Part shown: piece by piece, positions 1-9,318 of the stretch
Layout: each line of letters opens with the position of its first letter
Numbering within the stretch: position 1 is the first letter of the stretch
Assembly: GCA_050304695.1 (NCBI GenBank)
Contig: JBNLEB010000021.1
Coordinates: forward strand, 72,312-104,311
Direction: 5' to 3'
DNA: 32,000 bases
From: Mariprofundaceae bacterium
GTDB lineage: Bacteria; Pseudomonadota; Zetaproteobacteria; Mariprofundales; Mariprofundaceae
Translations under genes and position numbers: made by a program
The notes under the pieces: model-generated
What the model was told of the DNA's origin: nothing
The model's input: the letters and a program-made list of their open reading frames with translations, nothing else
Database searches by the model: none

Positions 1-1263
1 AGAATCAATTAACACGTCAGTCGAAAGATAATCACCCGCGTTGAGATTTAATGTCGAGTTATTTGCATTCAGATCATCAATAAGCGCCACTTTCGCATGA
101 TCCAGCGACTGCTCAAGCCCTTCGATTGTAGGTACCCGGATTGCTGCACCCAATCCAGAAAGCGTCTGATTAATAGCCGCAACATCATCCCTTGCATATT
201 GGAAATAGTCAGTGCCGCTGGTTCTCGCAGTATCCCAAGCAGGATTCATAGCATGAACTGCATTCGACTCACCTTTATGGAGAGCAAAAATACGATAAAC
301 CGCTTTGGCTTCATCGGGGGTGATATTGTTAGGATCTGCATAAAGACCGAATGCCTGAGATTCGATGATACGGCGCTTGTATTGATCCCCACTCCAATAT
401 CGAATCTGGTACCAGATTTCAGCACGAGCTTCAGCCGGATCGGTATATTGATTTACTGCCCTTCGCAAACTTGGCCCTAATAACGGGTCGGCAGGATCTG
501 AATTGTAATGGAGCGAGGCGAGAACAGCTCGCTCGGCAGAAAACGCCGTTACCCCTGTAAGGTTTTGTGCCGCCGTATCATAAGTACCGATAATTCCATC
601 GAAGACGGATTTCATTTGCACATCCGTCATCGAAAAGTCAGTAACCCCACGAACTGTCTGATTGACCAAATCAACCAAAGCCTGATTTCGTGCATTGGTC
701 TCTGCCTGGGTGGTAGTCGGCATACCCTGAACTGTGCTTAGTGCTGGTGTACCCCAAAGGGCGGCTACGGCTGCCTGTTGGGTTGCATTAAGAGCTGTTG
801 TGCTATTCTGAAAAGTAATGCCACTAACCACCTGATCAGCCGCAACACCACCCAACATATCCTGCATTTGCTGCTGCGTTAGAGAAATAGTCGTGGCCCC
901 ACGCAAAATTTGAGTGAAGTGATCTGCCAGGCGTTGATTCTGTGCATCTTGCTGAACTTTAGTAGCATGCGGATCATTACGGATATCCGCCAGTGTCGGC
1001 GATCCCCAAATATCGTTAATCGCTCTTATTTGAGCATCATTTAACCCCATGGAGGTCAGAATCGAGGTTCTGCTGCTTCTTTCTGCTGGTGTAGAACCAT
1101 CGATATTAAAGCCGACCCCGATCGTAATAATCGGTGGCGTTGCCGTATCGAAATATGGAGTAGGAATCTTCCCCTCAAGTTGAGCGATCAAAGCATAGCG
1201 AAGCTTCTCATATTCGGCTTGAGCATTCGTTCCTGTTATCGTATCTGAAATAGTAATTGTCAT
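1..1263 (-). CDS. Partial protein (C-terminus beyond window edge) with lysozyme/muramidase-like N-terminus and internal repeats
   Basis: Not in the ORF track. Reverse-complement translation is open from ATG at 1263 to the window edge: MTITISDTITGTNAQAEYEKLRYALIAQLEGKIPTPYFDTATPPIITIGVGFNIDG... The YxDT..PxITIGxGFN segment resembles T4-type lysozyme/muramidase domains. Two imperfect copies of an (R/N)xxL..xxTxxxRGxTxxSxTxxQMxxxxxG unit follow. Confidence 0.6.
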   Translation of the reverse strand, partial: MTITISDTITGTNAQAEYEKLRYALIAQLEGKIPTPYFDTATPPIITIGVGFNIDGSTPAERSSRTSILTSMGLNDAQIRAINDIWGSPTLADIRNDPHATKVQQDAQNQRLADHFTQILRGATTISLTQQQMQDMLGGVAADQVVSGITFQNSTTALNATQQAAVAALWGTPALSTVQGMPTTTQAETNARNQALVDLVNQTVRGVTDFSMTDVQMKSVFDGIIGTYDTAAQNLTGVTAFSAERAVLASLHYNSDPADPLLGPSLRRAVNQYTDPAEARAEIWYQIRYWSGDQYKRRIIESQAFGLYADPNNITPDEAKAVYRIFALHKGESNAVHAMNPAWDTARTSGTDYFQYARDDVAAINQTLSGLGAAIRVPTIEGLEQSLDHAKVALIDDLNANNSTLNLNAGDYLSTDVLIDS

Positions 1264-1275
1264 AGCCTAATCACC

Positions 1276-2436
1276 TTATTGATTTCTGGAACGTGGATAT
1301 AAAAAACCGCAGATATACCTACCATGCATCCATGAAGGTACGGTAGGGCGCAAAGACTTAATCCTTTCAAGTCGGCTAATGGACATGGCTACAGTGTCGG
1401 CGCCAGACATATATCCTGTGCCGTTGTGAAGAAACAGGAAAAATGCGAGTAAGCTACTTGCCCCCGCCCCTCTATCTCCGGAAAGGATGAAATCCACCTT
1501 TCGCTTCTCTGGCTCATATAGAACAATATAATCCCCTGGCTGTCCTTCCGTGCCTTCTATTCCCAAGCGTTCTATGTAGTGCTTACCACACTCAAGAGTC
1601 TGGCGGGTAGCTTCCGGATTGGAATAATTCGAAGGGCACTCGGCATACCATCCTTTTTTCCACTCTCCAGCATCCCGGTTACGTGAATAACCCAATACGG
1701 TCTCCAGCGGCCCATCAGCTTCGAATCGCACACGAGCTATTCGCAATCGTGGTCTCCAAACCATACGCGTTTGACCCAAACGGGAACCCTTCCCGGAAGC
1801 CCCGGCTTTCATATTAGCCAGATACGTCTTCTTCCAATCATCGAAGGACTGGGCCTCTGACGGATAGATATGCATCAATTTGTTCTCGATGGTATAAACC
1901 ACATCCAGATAATCCTTGATATCCAGTTCCTTCCATTCCGGCCAACTGAATTGCGTCATCTTTGGATCGAATACGACTTCGGTACTAAACGATGCCAGAG
2001 AGGGCTGCACCCTGTTCATATTCTCGGCCATATCGTGGCAAACGGCTCTGTCGTTGCCACCTTCCAGCTTAAACACCAATGTCTTGTTTTGCTTGGAAGA
2101 CTTGGAAACCTCCGAAGCAGTTTTCTCATCAGGAACCGTTTTAGCCAGGCTTGCAATTCGATCCTGACACTTTGTTTTGACGCATTCCGAATTCACGCAT
2201 TTGTTGCGCTCTTTCATCCACCCACGTTGCTGTTGTTTGAGAGTAGAAGGATCAGAACTTTCTTTGAGCGCTTTGCTGTAGGCGGCACTCAAATTATCAT
2301 CCAGCTTGGAGAGTTCGGCATCAGCGCAGATCATCTTCTCAACCTTTGTGCCTGCCTTGGCGCAATCGTAGCTCGCCGCGCAAGAGGTGTTGGCGGTCAG
2401 AAGCATCACTGCAAATATCAGATGGATGTATTTCAT
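1276..2436 (-). CDS. LprI/DUF1311-type (lysozyme inhibitor LprI-like N-terminal domain) secreted protein
   Basis: Track ORF 1276..2487. The more likely start is ATG at 2436 (MKYIHLIFAVMLLTANTSCAAS signal peptide, GGAGGG Shine-Dalgarno). It is followed by SYDCAKAGTKVEKMICADAELSKLDDNLSAAYSKAL, the DUF1311 pattern. Confidence 0.7.
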   Translation of the reverse strand: MKYIHLIFAVMLLTANTSCAASYDCAKAGTKVEKMICADAELSKLDDNLSAAYSKALKESSDPSTLKQQQRGWMKERNKCVNSECVKTKCQDRIASLAKTVPDEKTASEVSKSSKQNKTLVFKLEGGNDRAVCHDMAENMNRVQPSLASFSTEVVFDPKMTQFSWPEWKELDIKDYLDVVYTIENKLMHIYPSEAQSFDDWKKTYLANMKAGASGKGSRLGQTRMVWRPRLRIARVRFEADGPLETVLGYSRNRDAGEWKKGWYAECPSNYSNPEATRQTLECGKHYIERLGIEGTEGQPGDYIVLYEPEKRKVDFILSGDRGAGASSLLAFFLFLHNGTGYMSGADTVAMSISRLERIKSLRPTVPSWMHGRYICGFLYPRSRNQ

Positions 2437-2517
2437 GAAATCCCTCCCCAAATCAATCGGCAGCACTCTGCCAACGAATATCATCAATCATATCGCATGA
2501 AAATGCGATATCCAGCC

Positions 2518-4080
2518 TTAAGCCGCGCGGCTCAGGTGCACTTCATCATTAGCTGCATCATTGAATGCCGTTTCTGTACCGATGAAGTCGAGCGCCAGTG
2601 TCGGATGAAAATATTTCGCACCAAACGTTCCACCGGCAATAGAGAACTGGTAAGTCCAGCCGTTACCCAGCGATGAATTCCCCGAGACATTGAAGTTATA
2701 AGGAACACCGCCACCAGACCATATGTAGAGGTTCCCATTGGCAGCAAGGGAGAACTGCGTTGAACCGACATTGTTCCAGTGCTGAATCAGATCGGCCCAG
2801 AACGCATCCCGGGTCACCGGTGTGTTTGTCGTACCGATGGTCATCGCCTCATAGGCATTACCGGCAACAATATCGTTACCATCGCCTGCATGGATGCTGC
2901 TGCCACCGTAAACATTGGTGATCAGGTCATCGCCTGCGCCGCCGTTGATCTGGTCGGCGCCACCGTTGCCGATGATCCAGTCGCCATCGGCACCGCCGTC
3001 AATCACATCGCCTGTGCCCGAGCCGAATATCTCATCGCGGCCCGCATTGCCGTTGATCGTAGCCGCAGCTCCCGTACCGCTCTGGTAAGCATCCAGATAG
3101 TCCGCACCTGTCGTACCATCCAATACGGATGTCGAGGCGGGTGGTGTAAAGTCTGCCACGTTCATGGTAAAGCTGTTGGCTGAAGTCGCTACCGTCGACT
3201 GCACACCATTCGCATCCGTGGCAAGCACCTCGGCCGTGAAAGTTACGCTCTCGTTCTGCGTGATCTGTCCGTTCTGACGAACCACGAACGACATCTGCTT
3301 CTGCCCCTCAGCGGCAGGGATCAGGAACGATCCATCCGCCTCCTGGGCATAGGCCACATCCCCCACCATCAGATCGATCAGACCGTTCAGGCCACTGCCG
3401 ATAATCCTGATAACATCGCCGACACCGAAGGCGCTGTTCGCCGCCATAGTGACACGGCCCTGACCGCCCTCCTGCATCGTCGCAGTGCTATCGGTAAATG
3501 AAAACTGATCGTGTTCATTCAGGGTCAGGCCAAGCTGTCCGGCCTTATAGTTTTTAACCAGCACCTTACCATCGATCACCAGATCGCCGCCGGACTTGAT
3601 ATCCCCGGACTTGAACACATAGGTATGCTCGACACCAAGCGCATCCGTGCCCTTGAACACCTTGCCATCCGCATCTGCCCGGTTACCGCCGGTCAGCGGT
3701 GTCGAGTTGATTTCGATGGCGCCGATACCATCGGTATCGACGATGGTGTCGAAGCCGTCGCCTGTAGAGTATTTGTAGGTGTCGTTACCGATACCGCCCT
3801 CAAGATGATCATTGCCTTTACCACCTACAAGCAGATCGTCACCGCCATCGATGATATCGCCCTGACCCGAACCGAAGATCATATCCCGTCCGGCATCGCC
3901 ATTGATGGTTGCCGCCGTGCCAGTTCCACTGGGATTGCCCAGATAGTTATTATCTGCTGTGCCGGTCAGCGTTGTTGTCGTTGCGTTCGGAGTGGGCGTA
4001 ACTGCCGCACCCAGCGTAAGCCCCATGTGGTTGCCGGTTGCAGGATTATACCCCTTCACCAGCATCTTGCCATCGATCAT
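2518..4080 (-). CDS. RTX (haemolysin-type calcium-binding repeat) protein, probably 5'-truncated
   Basis: Repeats such as NGDAGRDMIFGSGQGDIIDGG, GGKGNDHLEGGIGNDTYKYSTGDGFDTI and NGNAGRDEIFGSGTGDVIDGGADGDWIIGNGGADQINGGAGDDLI. Homologous-looking coding sequence continues upstream of the ATG to an in-frame TGA at 4111-4113. Confidence 0.75.
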   Translation of the reverse strand: MIDGKMLVKGYNPATGNHMGLTLGAAVTPTPNATTTTLTGTADNNYLGNPSGTGTAATINGDAGRDMIFGSGQGDIIDGGDDLLVGGKGNDHLEGGIGNDTYKYSTGDGFDTIVDTDGIGAIEINSTPLTGGNRADADGKVFKGTDALGVEHTYVFKSGDIKSGGDLVIDGKVLVKNYKAGQLGLTLNEHDQFSFTDSTATMQEGGQGRVTMAANSAFGVGDVIRIIGSGLNGLIDLMVGDVAYAQEADGSFLIPAAEGQKQMSFVVRQNGQITQNESVTFTAEVLATDANGVQSTVATSANSFTMNVADFTPPASTSVLDGTTGADYLDAYQSGTGAAATINGNAGRDEIFGSGTGDVIDGGADGDWIIGNGGADQINGGAGDDLITNVYGGSSIHAGDGNDIVAGNAYEAMTIGTTNTPVTRDAFWADLIQHWNNVGSTQFSLAANGNLYIWSGGGVPYNFNVSGNSSLGNGWTYQFSIAGGTFGAKYFHPTLALDFIGTETAFNDAANDEVHLSRAA

Positions 4081-4162
4081 GAGGTCGAGAGGTGATCCAG
4101 CATCGGCGGATCACGGTGGATAATCATCGTTCACAATATCATGGCCACTGAACTTTGCAACG

Positions 4163-4199
4163 CCGGTTGTACATGTTTTTGCAATTTATGTACAACCGG
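4163..4199. repeat. 12-bp perfect inverted repeat (ccggttgtacat-13nt-atgtacaaccgg)
   Basis: Arms 4163-4174 and 4188-4199, ending 14 nt upstream of the nucleotidyltransferase ATG at 4214. Confidence 0.85.
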
Positions 4200-4213
4200 T
4201 CTAATATCCATCC

Positions 4214-5161
4214 ATGGAACATTGGGACAGAGCCATACAATCCGTTTACGCCAATCTGTTGGACAGTGTCAAAAGCGATGCTGGCCTGCCTGCTTCCGGT
4301 TCCGTTGTGACCAGCATGTCGAAAGGACATGCCTACAATCAGCACAGAATATCCTATGAAGGGACACCCATCTCTTTAACACTGGAACAGGAGAGAGCCA
4401 GCACAGACGGATGGCCGAACCGGAGAAAGCTGGTTGCCACACTTCTCGCTTCAGGCGCCAACGTACCTGACAATCCAACTGCCAAAACCATCGAACTGCT
4501 CGATGCCATTGGCTGTTTCTCTTTTCAACGGGCCATACTCATCGGATCGCATGCATTTAACGCCATCGGCAATAATCTCGGTGTAACCTGGGATGCCGGG
4601 TTTGAAACCAAAGACATCGATCTTGGACGCATGGTGAAGGTATCGACATCGCCCAGCCATAAAACGACCGAGATACTGTTGAAGGCAGGATTCAGGCAAA
4701 TTCCGCAACTGAATCGAAAGCACCCGCCTACCAATTTCATTCACAAAAAAAGCGGCATGAAAATCGATTTCCTTACACCGATGATCGGCAAACCGAATCA
4801 TACACCTGCACACCTGCATGGAACTGACATCCATGCCGAACCTATTCGATTTTTGGACTATCTGATCAAAGACCCGCAGGAGGCAGCTATTCTCACTCGA
4901 AACGGCGTACTTGTTTCCGTACCCCAATCTGCCCGGTATGCACTACACAAATGTATTATCTATCAGTATCGACGCGATGACATAAAGCGCCAAAAGGATC
5001 TGCTGCAGGCGCAATCGATCCTGAACGTACTGGAAGAGCGCATGCCTCATCTGATTATGGAAGCGTGGGACGATCTGGAGTGGCAGGAGAAGGCGATGAC
5101 AGGCATCTCCGAACTGCAGGACAGTGAGCTGAAAGAGAGGCTGATCGACCTGCTTACATAA
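4214..5161 (+). CDS. Nucleotidyltransferase-fold protein (NTP_transf_8 / AbiEii-like)
   Basis: Contains AILIGSHAFNAIGNNLG...ETKDIDLGRMVKV (G-S/G and D-x-D nucleotidyltransferase pattern), GMKIDFLTPMIG, and the C-terminal KDPQEAAILTRNGVLVSVPQSARYALHKCIIYQYR..DDIKRQKDLLQAQSIL. Confidence 0.6.
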   Translation: MEHWDRAIQSVYANLLDSVKSDAGLPASGSVVTSMSKGHAYNQHRISYEGTPISLTLEQERASTDGWPNRRKLVATLLASGANVPDNPTAKTIELLDAIGCFSFQRAILIGSHAFNAIGNNLGVTWDAGFETKDIDLGRMVKVSTSPSHKTTEILLKAGFRQIPQLNRKHPPTNFIHKKSGMKIDFLTPMIGKPNHTPAHLHGTDIHAEPIRFLDYLIKDPQEAAILTRNGVLVSVPQSARYALHKCIIYQYRRDDIKRQKDLLQAQSILNVLEERMPHLIMEAWDDLEWQEKAMTGISELQDSELKERLIDLLT

Positions 5162-5229
5162 ACCGTACCGTCGACATCTGCACCCGGCCTGTATCGAGGG
5201 GGCTTTAAACAAAGATAATATGACTTTTA

Positions 5230-5811
5230 TTACGGATACTTTTGTTTCTTTTTCAAAACAAATGTGCCTCCGCTGAAGGTTATTCTTTTCCAGTCATTCG
5301 AAAAACCGCCCCAGGCCTTCATCAAATTACTATGCGCATTCACACACTCGAAATTCTTCCCCGGCTTCAAATCGCAAACCCACATTCCACCATAGTCGAT
5401 GACATATTTTCCGTTTAAATCATTGATTGTTACATGCACATCGAATTTGTCCGTATCGGGCATTCCATAGGTAAATCTCCAGCCGACAGTTGGCTGATCG
5501 GGCCCATCGAGATCCGAAGAGTTGTTACCACCTCCCGTGCCGCCTCCACTATTTGCCTGTTCGATAAATTGTATGATCAGTTCATTTTCGTTAATCGGAC
5601 GATCCGATATCACAAGAAACGTGTACTGTCCTTTCCGGGGAACAGTCACTATGGAGTTCCATACGTTCGAGTTGTTATCCTCGTCAGGGCCCGGATTCAT
5701 ACCAAGCACCGGGTTGAGTGCAGTTACAGTGATATTTGTGCCTATAGGCGCCATCACAATGCAACGATGGCTGCCCGCATTCAGTGTTCTGTTAATTCTT
5801 ATCCTTCCCAT
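5230..5811 (-). CDS. Hypothetical protein
   Basis: 193-aa ORF with GGAGG upstream of the ATG and a Gly/Asn-rich central linker (SGGGTGGGNNSS). Family not recognised. Confidence 0.55.
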   Translation of the reverse strand: MGRIRINRTLNAGSHRCIVMAPIGTNITVTALNPVLGMNPGPDEDNNSNVWNSIVTVPRKGQYTFLVISDRPINENELIIQFIEQANSGGGTGGGNNSSDLDGPDQPTVGWRFTYGMPDTDKFDVHVTINDLNGKYVIDYGGMWVCDLKPGKNFECVNAHSNLMKAWGGFSNDWKRITFSGGTFVLKKKQKYP

Positions 5812-5981
5812 TTCGTAACCTCCTGAACAGATAACCGGGCAATAGATATAGCTGCTCGCCCATCTGTTGTTCTCCTATATAAAGCACTTTTTGAGTGATA
5901 AAGCACCTTTTTGGAGTTCAGGGAAGCGAACCCGCCCGGAATTCAGGAGTTTCGAATGAAAAGAATCGCGCGCTTTTCCGG

Positions 5982-7808
5982 CTATTCCACAGTCACGGAC
6001 TTGGCGAGATTACGCGGCTGATCGACATCGGTGCCCTTGAGCAGGGCGACATAGTAGGCGAGCAACTGCAACGGCACGCTATAGACAATCGGAGCCGTGC
6101 CGGGGAAGATGTCCGAGAGGGTCAGGTTCCGGTACTTGTCCAGGTCGATCTTCACCTTCTGATCGCTGAAGAGGAAAAGCTCGCCGCCACGGGCGCGCAC
6201 CTCCTGAAGGTTAGAAAGAACTTTTTCGAGCAGCGGATCGTCCGGCAGTGCGCAGATCACCGGAATGGTCTCATCGACCAGCGCCAATGGGCCGTGCTTG
6301 AGCTCTCCGGCCGGATAGGCCTCGGCATGGATATAGCTGATCTCCTTGAGCTTGAGCGCACCCTCCATCGCCACCGGATAGAAAGCGCCACGCCCAAGGA
6401 AGAGCGCGTTCTGCTTGTCGGCAAAACCCCCGGCCATCTCTTGAATAGCATCGGCAAGCTGAAGCACCACCTCGACCTGCCTCGGCAGAGCGTGCAGCTC
6501 ATTAACCATGGCCGCTTCCTGCTCAGGCGTCAGCCCCTGGCGGCGAGCCAGGGCTATCGTTAACAGGCGCAACGCCACCAGCTGTGTGGTGAAGGCCTTG
6601 GTGGAGGCGACACCGATCTCGGTACCGGCACGGGTCATGAAGCAGACATCGGACTCACGCACCAGCGAACTCTCCGGCACGTTACAAACCGTCAGGCTAC
6701 CGATATAACCCTGTTCGCGACTCCCCTTGAGTGCTGCCAGTGTATCGGCCGTCTCGCCCGACTGTGAGATAGTGATCAGAAGCGATCCTTCCGGCACCAC
6801 GACTTTTCGGTAACGGTATTCACTTGCCACCTCGACGTTGCAGGGGATACCGATCTCCTCCAGCCAGTAGCGGGCGACGAGCCCGGCATGATAGCTGGTA
6901 CCGCAGGCAACAATCTGTACATGTTTTGTCTTATCCAGCAGCGCCCTGGTCTCATGGCCGAAACTATCTTCCAGCAGGCGACCCCGATGGATACGCCCCT
7001 CCAGTGTCTCCGAAATCACGCCCGGCTGCTCGAAGATCTCCTTGAGCATATAGTGGGCATACGGCCCCTTATCGACACTGTCACTGGAGAGATCCGACGC
7101 TTTGACCCGGCGAGCCACCTCTTTGCCATCCGCATCGAACACCGTGACACCATCACGACGCACCTCGGCCATGTCACCCTCTTCCAGAAAAACAAAGCTG
7201 CGCGTTACCGGCAATAGCGCCATCACATCCGAGGCGATGAAGTTCTCCCCCTCACCCAGCCCGATCACCAGCGGACTGCCCTCTCGCGTCACCACGATCC
7301 GATCGCCGTCTTCAGGACTTGCCGCCGCCAGCGCATAAGCGCCTTCAAGCTCTTTGCTGGTCTCTTTCAGTGCCGTAAAAAGATCGACACCGGACTCCAG
7401 TTTACTGGCCATCAGATGAGCGATCACCTCCGTATCGGTTTCGGAGGTGAATTCGTAGCCAAGCTTTAACAGGCTCTCTCGAAGTTCGGCATGATTCTCG
7501 ATGATGCCATTGTGAACCACTGCCACACGCACGCCGCTCATGTGCGGGTGGGCATTGCGCTCGGCGGGCACACCATGGGTTGCCCAGCGGGTATGAGCGA
7601 TACCAAGGGTGCCGGTGACATCGGAACCCTCCACGATCTCTTTCAACGCTGCCACCTTGCCCAGCGAGCGGAACCGTTTCAGCGTGCCTTCCCCGTCGCG
7701 CACGGCCACCCCGGCCGAGTCGTAACCGCGATACTCCAAACGCTCCAGCCCCTCCATCAGGATGGGCAGGACATCTCTATCCGCAATCGCTCCGACAATG
7801 CCGCACAT
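5982..7808 (-). CDS. glmS: Glutamine--fructose-6-phosphate aminotransferase (isomerizing)
   Basis: MCGIVGAIADRDVLPILMEGLERLEYRGYDSAG N-terminus, SIS domains, C-terminal DQPRNLAKSVTVE. Confidence 0.98.
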   Translation of the reverse strand: MCGIVGAIADRDVLPILMEGLERLEYRGYDSAGVAVRDGEGTLKRFRSLGKVAALKEIVEGSDVTGTLGIAHTRWATHGVPAERNAHPHMSGVRVAVVHNGIIENHAELRESLLKLGYEFTSETDTEVIAHLMASKLESGVDLFTALKETSKELEGAYALAAASPEDGDRIVVTREGSPLVIGLGEGENFIASDVMALLPVTRSFVFLEEGDMAEVRRDGVTVFDADGKEVARRVKASDLSSDSVDKGPYAHYMLKEIFEQPGVISETLEGRIHRGRLLEDSFGHETRALLDKTKHVQIVACGTSYHAGLVARYWLEEIGIPCNVEVASEYRYRKVVVPEGSLLITISQSGETADTLAALKGSREQGYIGSLTVCNVPESSLVRESDVCFMTRAGTEIGVASTKAFTTQLVALRLLTIALARRQGLTPEQEAAMVNELHALPRQVEVVLQLADAIQEMAGGFADKQNALFLGRGAFYPVAMEGALKLKEISYIHAEAYPAGELKHGPLALVDETIPVICALPDDPLLEKVLSNLQEVRARGGELFLFSDQKVKIDLDKYRNLTLSDIFPGTAPIVYSVPLQLLAYYVALLKGTDVDQPRNLAKSVTVE

Positions 7809-9205
7809 TACTTATCCTTCTTTGGCCGCTGCCAGTCACGAATATGACGTTGTTCCGGGCGTGCAGAGAGGGTCAGACCTCCCTCACTCACCCGCTTCGT
7901 AATAATGCTGCCTGCGCCGATAGTGGCATCACTGCCCACCTCGACCGGTGCGATCAGTTTGGTATCGGAACCGACAAAGACATCATCGCCGATGATGGTC
8001 TTATGCTTGTTGGCGCCGTCATAGTTGCAGGTGATGGTGCCGGCACCGATGTTGCAGTCGCTGCCCACCTCGGAGTCACCGATATAACTGAGGTGGTTCA
8101 CCTTACTTCCATGCCCTACCACGGCATTCTTGATCTCGACGAAGTTACCGATGTGCACCTCTTCATCGAGCCGCGCACCGGGACGCAACCGCGCAAACGG
8201 TCCGATTTTCGCATTGGAAGCGACACTCGCACTATGGATATGGCTGAAGGCGAAGACATTGACACGATCATCCAGCCACGCATCCACCAGCACAGCGTTG
8301 GGGCCGACCCGGCAGTCGTCTCCAATATGAGTGGAGCCGATCAGATAACATCCTGCCTGAATCACACTATCGACACCGATACTGACACCGGCCTCGATAC
8401 GCACGCTCTCCGGCTTCTCGATGGTGACGCCATTCATCTGCCAGTCGTGGATAATCCGTTTCTGCATCAGTGACTCGACCTCGGAGAGCTGCACTCGATT
8501 GTTCACACCCAGCATCTCATCCGGATCATCCATCACAACGGTCTCGACAGACTTTCCAGCAGCCAGCGCCAGCGGCACGATATCGGGCAGGTAGTACTCG
8601 CCCTGTGCATTGCGATTGCCGATCTTGTGCAGCAGGTCGAAGAGCACATCGTGCTTCACACAATAGATGCCACTGCTGACCTCGCGAATCTCTTTTTGAG
8701 CATCGTCCGCATCCTTCTCCTCAATGATCGCCGTAACCTTGCCCTCGCCATCGCGTACAATTCGGCCATAACCGTGCGAGTTCTCAGGTTCGGCGGTAAG
8801 AACCGTCACCGCTGTATCGAGCTTTCGATGCCGGTCGATCAGAAGTGCCAGAGTTTCCGTTCGCAGCAGAGGTGTATCGCCGCAGACAATCAGCACATCA
8901 CGCACATCGCGAATAACGGTCTCGCACTGCTGCACGGCATGCCCCGTTCCGAGCTGTCTGTCCTGAATCACCCACTCCAGATTTTGAGGCTGGCCGACAT
9001 GTTCCTGCACCTGTGCCGACTCATGCCCGGTCACCAGTGCGATGGCTTTGGGCCGCAACCCCTCAACCGTATGCAGCAGGTAGTCGATCATCGCCCGGCC
9101 AAGCACCGGATGCAGCACCTTCGGCCTGGATGAGCGCATACGTTTGCCCTGACCTGCAGCCAGTACACAAACCTGTAGATCGGGATAGTGAAATTCCTGA
9201 CTCAT
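7808..9205 (-). CDS. glmU: Bifunctional N-acetylglucosamine-1-phosphate uridyltransferase/glucosamine-1-phosphate acetyltransferase
   Basis: VCVLAAGQGKRMRSSRPKVLHPVLGRAM, a left-handed beta-helix C-terminus, and GSDCNIGAGTITCNYDGANKHKT. Track ORF starts at 9244, but ATG 9205 (MSQEFHY) has a GGAGGAG Shine-Dalgarno. Confidence 0.97.
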   Translation of the reverse strand: MSQEFHYPDLQVCVLAAGQGKRMRSSRPKVLHPVLGRAMIDYLLHTVEGLRPKAIALVTGHESAQVQEHVGQPQNLEWVIQDRQLGTGHAVQQCETVIRDVRDVLIVCGDTPLLRTETLALLIDRHRKLDTAVTVLTAEPENSHGYGRIVRDGEGKVTAIIEEKDADDAQKEIREVSSGIYCVKHDVLFDLLHKIGNRNAQGEYYLPDIVPLALAAGKSVETVVMDDPDEMLGVNNRVQLSEVESLMQKRIIHDWQMNGVTIEKPESVRIEAGVSIGVDSVIQAGCYLIGSTHIGDDCRVGPNAVLVDAWLDDRVNVFAFSHIHSASVASNAKIGPFARLRPGARLDEEVHIGNFVEIKNAVVGHGSKVNHLSYIGDSEVGSDCNIGAGTITCNYDGANKHKTIIGDDVFVGSDTKLIAPVEVGSDATIGAGSIITKRVSEGGLTLSARPEQRHIRDWQRPKKDK

Positions 9206-9242
9206 CTCTCCTCCATAGATACCGGGACGATGCCTGATACGC

Positions 9243-9269
9243 AAAAAGGTCGCACAATGTGCGACCTTT
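9243..9269 (-). terminator. Rho-independent terminator between atpC and glmU
   Basis: Minus strand: AAAGGTCGCAC-ATT-GTGCGACCTTT followed by a T-run; arms 9245-9255 and 9259-9269. Confidence 0.8.
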
Positions 9270-9318
9270 GCAAAGATTTAAGCGCCGATTAAGTGGCCTC
9301 CGATGATTGAGTAGCCTC

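Noticed and set aside
97-741. Plus-strand ORFs of 127 and 77 aa
   Set aside because: Antisense to the continuous minus-strand frame running from 1263 to the window edge, which has protein-like repeat structure.
5812-5981. Possible glmS ribozyme
   Set aside because: The ribozyme would have to lie 5' of glmS, but that side is the overlapping glmU gene; this region is 3' of glmS and shows no ribozyme-like motif.
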